Below, piece by piece: positions 59,523 through 64,000 of a stretch of DNA of 64,000 bases. The stretch is from assembly GCA_964492715.1 (NCBI GenBank), contig CAZBLK010000002.1:66896-130895 (forward strand), read 5' to 3'. Numbering within the stretch: position 1 is the first letter of the stretch; every line of letters begins with the position of its first letter. The DNA is from an uncultured Defluviitaleaceae bacterium. Its GTDB lineage: Bacteria; Bacillota; Clostridia; Lachnospirales; WRBF01. The position numbers and the translations under genes were made by a program. Under the pieces are notes generated by a model. That model did no database searches and was not told the DNA's origin. It was given only the letters and a program-made list of their open reading frames with translations.

Positions 59523-60647
59523 TTACCCTGTTTTGTTTTTCAGTTTGTAGACGAAAGCTAAAACTTCTGCCACAGCTTGGAAAAGCTCTGGCGGAATTGT
59601 GCCGCCAATGTTTACTTGTGCGTAAATAGCCCTTGCAAGCGGTGGGTTTTCAACTATTTCAATGTTGTTTTCCTTTGCTTTGTCACGTATTCGTTTTGCA
59701 AGAAAGTCAACGCCTTTTGCAACTACATAAGGCGCATCGGAAACGTCTTTGTCGTATTTTAAAGCAATGGCGTAGTGCGTTGGGTTTGTAATTACTACGT
59801 CTGCCTGGGGCACGTTTTGCATCATTCGGCGCATAGAAATTTCACGCATTTTTTGTTTAATTTTACCTTTAATTTGTGGGTTACCCTCTATGTTTTTATA
59901 CTCATCTTTTACTTCTTGCTTTGTCATCATTAAGTCTTTGGTGTGCTTAAAGCGTGTGTACATAACGTCGGCTATTGCAATAAAAAGGAAAAGAAGCCCA
60001 ATGTTTGTGCCCAAGCGGACGGCAATGTCGCCCAAAAAAATTACTGCTTGCATAAGCCCCATGTCTACAAGCTGTGGAATTTTACTTATTTCACCAACTA
60101 ATGTTGAATAGATTACAACGGTTATAACAGCAAATTTAGCAAGCGATTTTATTAAGTCAACAACAACCCGCATGGAAAAAAGACGCTTTACACCTTGAAG
60201 TGGGTTTAGCTTGCTAAATTTAGGTTTAAGTGTTTTGGTTGTAGGGTGCCAGCCAACTTGGTAAAGGTTTGAAATAATTCCTATAAGCATACAAATTGCA
60301 AAAACAGGTGCGACAATAAGCATTACTTGACCAAAGAAGTAGGCAATGTAGCCCGAAATTGTTTTCGTATCAGTAATTATTTCTGGGTTTTCCAAAAAGC
60401 CAAGGCTAAAAGTAAAAGCACCAACTAATGAAGTGTACATATAACCAGAAAAAATGCGCAAGCCGAAAAATGCAACCAAAAAAAGCAAAGCAGTGTTTAC
60501 CTCGGGGCTTTTTGCAACCTGACCTTCCGCACGAGCTTTTTCACGTTTTCTTTGCGTTGGTTTTTCGGTTTTTTCGCCCGAATTAAAAAAAGAGAGGTTG
60601 ATGCTTATAAAAAATTTAGGTTTATGCGGAAAGTCCGTATTTGTCAT
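59523..60647 (-). CDS. flhB: Flagellar export apparatus protein FlhB
   Basis: 374-aa ORF. EKTEKPTQRKREKARAEGQVAKS start and the autocleavage motif NPTH (ITNPTHYAIAL). Confidence 0.9.
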   Translation of the reverse strand: MTNTDFPHKPKFFISINLSFFNSGEKTEKPTQRKREKARAEGQVAKSPEVNTALLFLVAFFGLRIFSGYMYTSLVGAFTFSLGFLENPEIITDTKTISGYIAYFFGQVMLIVAPVFAICMLIGIISNLYQVGWHPTTKTLKPKFSKLNPLQGVKRLFSMRVVVDLIKSLAKFAVITVVIYSTLVGEISKIPQLVDMGLMQAVIFLGDIAVRLGTNIGLLFLFIAIADVMYTRFKHTKDLMMTKQEVKDEYKNIEGNPQIKGKIKQKMREISMRRMMQNVPQADVVITNPTHYAIALKYDKDVSDAPYVVAKGVDFLAKRIRDKAKENNIEIVENPPLARAIYAQVNIGGTIPPELFQAVAEVLAFVYKLKNKTG

Positions 60648-61450
60648 TTTGCCATCATGCCTTCCATAACCTTAAACATATAGGTGTAAGCTTTGTCGAA
60701 CAACATGTTGTAAACATCATAAAAAACTGGCGTAATTAGGTAGAAAATTATTAAACCGATTAAAAGCTTTAAAGGCATACCAACTACAAAAATATTCATT
60801 TGCGGAACAGCCTTTACCAAAAGCCCAAGCGCAATGTCAACAATTAAAATTGTGCCGACAACAGGCAAAGCAATTTGCACGCCTATAATGAAGTAGGACA
60901 CAATCAACGAAATTATGTTTGTAAGAAGCTCGCCGTTTGAAATTATTCTTGCTGTGCCTATGGGAAGCTTGTCGTAACTGTAAAAAAGCCCAGCTAAGAG
61001 CGCTTGAAGCCCACCCGTTACAATTAGCATAGCGCCCATTAGCAAGTACAAAAGGTTACCAACTATTGGAACTTGAATTTGCGTAGTTGGGTCGAGGACG
61101 CTGACCATAGAAAAGCCAATTTGATAGTCAATAAGCTGGCCCACGAAGTACATAACCGTAAAAACCATGTAAACTATATAAGCTAAAAAAAAGCCAACGA
61201 TAAACTCTTGACCAATTAAAATGGCAAAGCCAAGCACTGAATTATAGTAAGAAACTTCCGTTACCTTGCCCGAAACAAGCACAATGTAGGCCAAAACTAC
61301 AGCAAGCCCGGCCCTTGAAGTAGCAGGAATGTTTCCGCCCGACAAGATGGGCAAAATTACAAAAAAACCTAACAAGCGTGCAACTATGACTAAGAACAAG
61401 TCCATATTTGCATAAACCCCATAGAGCGCTTGGGTTGCAAGTGATTCCAT
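60644..61450 (-). CDS. fliR: Flagellar export apparatus protein FliR
   Basis: 268-aa polytopic ORF in ATGA overlap with flhB. Position in the operon. Confidence 0.85.
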   Translation of the reverse strand: MESLATQALYGVYANMDLFLVIVARLLGFFVILPILSGGNIPATSRAGLAVVLAYIVLVSGKVTEVSYYNSVLGFAILIGQEFIVGFFLAYIVYMVFTVMYFVGQLIDYQIGFSMVSVLDPTTQIQVPIVGNLLYLLMGAMLIVTGGLQALLAGLFYSYDKLPIGTARIISNGELLTNIISLIVSYFIIGVQIALPVVGTILIVDIALGLLVKAVPQMNIFVVGMPLKLLIGLIIFYLITPVFYDVYNMLFDKAYTYMFKVMEGMMAK

Positions 61451-61459
61451 TTACCCCAC

Positions 61460-61735
61460 CTATCTCTGAGATATAATGTTTGGCAGTTCGAGAAACAGGC
61501 GCACAGTATATTCTCGAAGCGTGGTAAGCATAAATGAGCCAAAAATTATTAGCCCAAACATAACCGCCAAAATTTTAGGCACAAAAGCCAGCGTTGGCTC
61601 TTGAATGGACGTAATAGTTTGAAAAATGCTCACAATTATGCCGACAGATAGCCCCAATAGAAGAGGAGGGGCACTTACGATTATAACTGTATAAATCGCT
61701 TCTTGAATGTATGACAAAACCATGTCTTGTGACAT
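61460..61735 (-). CDS. fliQ: Flagellar export apparatus protein FliQ
   Basis: 91 aa, two TM helices. AAPPLL and QEPTLAFVPK motifs. Confidence 0.9.
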   Translation of the reverse strand: MSQDMVLSYIQEAIYTVIIVSAPPLLLGLSVGIIVSIFQTITSIQEPTLAFVPKILAVMFGLIIFGSFMLTTLREYTVRLFLELPNIISQR

Positions 61736-61757
61736 TTAACCACTCCTAAAAAACGCC

Positions 61758-62549
61758 TTAAGCCGACATTTTTATCGTTGAAAGCAAAGCCCTTATAACC
61801 AAGTTCCAGCCATCAGCCAAAATGAAAATTAAAATTTTAAAGGGCAAAGAAATCATAGCAGGTGGAAGCATCATCATACCCATAGCCATGAGCGTGGACG
61901 CAACAACCATGTCAACAATTATAAACGGCAAATATATAATAAAGCCCATTATAAAGCCTTGTGTAAGCTCGTTTAAAATAAAAGCAGGCACAATAACCCG
62001 TGTCGGAATTTCTTCGACATTAGCATATGTTGTGTCGCCGTTAAGCCCAGCGAAAAGAGCCAAGTCCTTTTTACCGCTGTCGCTAACTTGAATTTGAAGA
62101 AGCATAAATTCACGAATAGGGGCAAGCGCATTGTTGATGGCTTCTTCTTGGCTAATTACCCCTTGGGAGTACGGCTGCAAAGCCGTTTCGTTTATTGTTG
62201 CTAGGCGAGGCCCCATTATAAACAAAGTTAAAGACAAAGCCAAACCAAGAAGAATTTGGTTTGGTGGCATTTGTTGAGTACCAATTGCCGAACGAATAAA
62301 GTGCAGGAAAATTATAATGCGTGTAAAGCTTGTAAGCATTAACAAAAATGTCGGTATTAAAGTGATTGAAGCCAGCAAAAAAATAATTTGCAAAGAGCTT
62401 ACAACCGACTGTGGGTTGTCTGTAGCACCGATATTTATTCCAACGTTTGGAACGGGCAGTGCGGCAGCATATGCCGTTACACTAAAAAAGCTTACTGAAA
62501 AAAATGCTAGAACAAGCCCAATAAAAACTGCCCTATAAAAAATTTTCAT
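61758..62549 (-). CDS. fliP: Flagellar export apparatus protein FliP
   Basis: 263 aa from the ATG at 62549, with a GGTGG RBS. Signal-like N-terminus. FTRIIIFLHFIRSAIGTQQMPPNQIL and the GFIIYLPFIIVDMVVASTLMAMGMMMLPP signature. Confidence 0.9.
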   Translation of the reverse strand: MKIFYRAVFIGLVLAFFSVSFFSVTAYAAALPVPNVGINIGATDNPQSVVSSLQIIFLLASITLIPTFLLMLTSFTRIIIFLHFIRSAIGTQQMPPNQILLGLALSLTLFIMGPRLATINETALQPYSQGVISQEEAINNALAPIREFMLLQIQVSDSGKKDLALFAGLNGDTTYANVEEIPTRVIVPAFILNELTQGFIMGFIIYLPFIIVDMVVASTLMAMGMMMLPPAMISLPFKILIFILADGWNLVIRALLSTIKMSA

Positions 62550-62791
62550 ATAAAACCACCAAATCATGTGGAGTTATGCGGCAAAGTAATATGCGGCATA
62601 TTAAACAAAGATACATGTATATATACATGTACCAAAGGAAAAAGTCTTTAATTATAAAAAGTCTTTAATTAATTCAAGGCGTTAAATTTTCAACATTAAA
62701 TTAAGCATAATTTAACGGAGCTTAAAAAACTCCTATGTATGCTTGTTGCTTAAAAGCCAACGGTTCAACCCGCCACAAACTTGGGCGGGGG

Positions 62792-63196
62792 TCATTTCGG
62801 TTTGTTGTTAAAAAAACCGCTTAAATATTTTTCAAAAGGAACAACTGTTTGCGCTTGCTCTTGGAAGCGTAAATTGTCCGGTTTGACATTTGTTAAAAAG
62901 GTAATTTTATCTTTCGTTACACCAATTAACATATATTCATCAGCTACTTTTACAAGCTGAACCGTGCTTTGGTAGCCAACTGCTACACTTTCCAAAACTT
63001 TTATGTTAGTGCTGCCCTTTAGCCCCAGACGAGAGCGTGCAATAAACTTTGTAAAATAATATGCAAGGACAAGCACAACTACAAAAGCAACAAGTACAAA
63101 AAGTAATTGTGCAGAAGGAATAGCGCTGCTTGATTGTGATTGTTTATTCAAATAATCTGGCAATTCAGTAGAAGCAGTTGTTAAAATAGCTATCAT
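62792..63196 (-). CDS. fliO: Flagellar protein FliO/FliZ
   Basis: 134 aa. A single TM (LLFVLVAFVVVLVLAYYF) followed by a conserved LESVAVG...LVKV segment. Position between cheY and fliP. Confidence 0.75.
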   Translation of the reverse strand: MIAILTTASTELPDYLNKQSQSSSAIPSAQLLFVLVAFVVVLVLAYYFTKFIARSRLGLKGSTNIKVLESVAVGYQSTVQLVKVADEYMLIGVTKDKITFLTNVKPDNLRFQEQAQTVVPFEKYLSGFFNNKPK

Positions 63197-63204
63197 ACAA
63201 TTAA

Positions 63205-63567
63205 TTAACCGATAACTTTTTGCACTGCTTCAAGAACTCTGTCTGGCTGGAACGGCTTAACGATAAAGTCCCTTGCACCTGCTTGTATTGACTCGATAAC
63301 CATTGCTTGCTGACCCATTGCAGAGCACATAATAATAAGTGCGTTAGGGTCGGCAGCTTTAATGCCCTTTGCAGCCTGAATACCGTCAAGCTCGGGCATT
63401 GTAATGTCGAGAATAACAAGGTTTGGGCGTAACTCGTTGTATTTTTCAATTGCTTTAACACCGTTTTCAGCTTCGCCGACAACGGTGTACCCATTTTTTG
63501 TAAGGATATCTTTAAGCATCATACGCATAAATGCAGCATCGTCAACGAGCAATATGTTTTTGGACAT
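63205..63567 (-). CDS. cheY: CheY chemotaxis response regulator
   Basis: 120 aa. LLVDDAAFMR, the phospho-acceptor motif LDITMP, and KPF. Confidence 0.9.
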   Translation of the reverse strand: MSKNILLVDDAAFMRMMLKDILTKNGYTVVGEAENGVKAIEKYNELRPNLVILDITMPELDGIQAAKGIKAADPNALIIMCSAMGQQAMVIESIQAGARDFIVKPFQPDRVLEAVQKVIG

Positions 63568-63590
63568 AGTGAATTCACTCCTTAGCTAAA

Positions 63591-64000
63591 TTAAATTCTA
63601 TCTTCTACGTTTATAATATCAGTAATTCTTATGCCAAAGTTTTCGTCTATTACAACTACTTCGCCTTTTGCTACAAACTTACCGTTTATTAAAATGTCAA
63701 TCGGTTCGCCTGCAAGCTTATCAAGCTCGATAATTGTACCTGGCGTAAACTCAAGAATTTCCTTGATTTTTTTGTGGGTTCTGCCAAGCTCAACAGAAAC
63801 TTCCAAAGGTACGTCCATAATAATTCCGATGTTTTCTTTTTGTTGCATAACGGACTGAACGTCAAAGTTTTGGAACTGAACTGGCTGAACATTAATATTT
63901 TGTTGAGGTTGCGGAGCAGAATACATTGGCTGACCGTAAGGCATTTGTGGCATAGGTTGCGGATACGGCATAGGCTGTGGGTATGGCTGCTGGTACTGCT
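63591..64000 (-). CDS. fliN: Flagellar motor switch protein FliN/FliY, C-terminal part (5' end outside the window)
   Basis: P/Q-rich linker followed by a SpoA domain (LEVSVELGRTHKKIKEILEFTPGTIIELDKLAGEPIDILINGKFVAKGEVVVIDENFGIRITDI). The frame stays open to the window edge. Confidence 0.85.
   Translation of the reverse strand, partial: QYQQPYPQPMPYPQPMPQMPYGQPMYSAPQPQQNINVQPVQFQNFDVQSVMQQKENIGIIMDVPLEVSVELGRTHKKIKEILEFTPGTIIELDKLAGEPIDILINGKFVAKGEVVVIDENFGIRITDIINVEDRI

Noticed and set aside
62755-62795. tRNA-like GGTTCAACCCGCC T-arm-like string
   Set aside because: No acceptor stem, D-arm or anticodon arm can be drawn. It is simply the GC hairpin after the fliO stop.

Overview
64-kb chromosomal segment from a low-GC, flagellated, spore-forming Clostridia-type anaerobe (the species cannot be determined from sequence alone). 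I count about 56 protein genes and see no rRNA, tRNA or CRISPR array.

**Main theme.** Two minus-strand purine/urate catabolism blocks of the selenium-dependent molybdenum hydroxylase neighbourhood type:
- Block I (3.5-15.1 kb): carbamate kinase, ygeW, ygeY, ssnA, ygfK, a YheO-like regulator and two unusual PLP enzymes.
- Block II (43.9-59.4 kb): adenine deaminase, a second amidohydrolase, a purine permease, xdhABC, mocA, an xdhD-like hydroxylase, moeA, an XdhC-family protein, yqeB and yqeC.

**Between the blocks (about 29 kb).** Mostly housekeeping genes: htpG with a perfect CIRCE operator, trkAH, degV, radC, gdh, maf and ftsEX plus an M23 peptidase.

**Accessory items in the same interval.**
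- A bacterial Staygreen homologue.
- A poly-HAMP MCP.
- A BlaI/BlaR1-like pair whose sensor carries helical repeats.
- A decayed lipoprotein gene.
- A nitroreductase.
- An unannotated type III toxin-antitoxin locus (tandem RNA repeats, terminator, ToxN/AbiQ-like toxin).
- A secreted protein with three FMN-binding domains.

**Window end.** The last 4.5 kb is the fliN/Y-cheY-fliO-fliP-fliQ-fliR-flhB part of a fla/che operon. It stops abruptly after flhB.

**Repeats.** Intergenic DNA is unusually rich in small structured repeat families:
- A 55-nt GC-rich double hairpin, 7 copies.
- 164-bp MITE-like palindromes.
- About 100-nt AT-rich palindromes.
- A conserved 65-nt element.

Several of these inflate the ORF track with false N-terminal extensions. 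All functional calls rest on motif recognition by eye; no database search was run.
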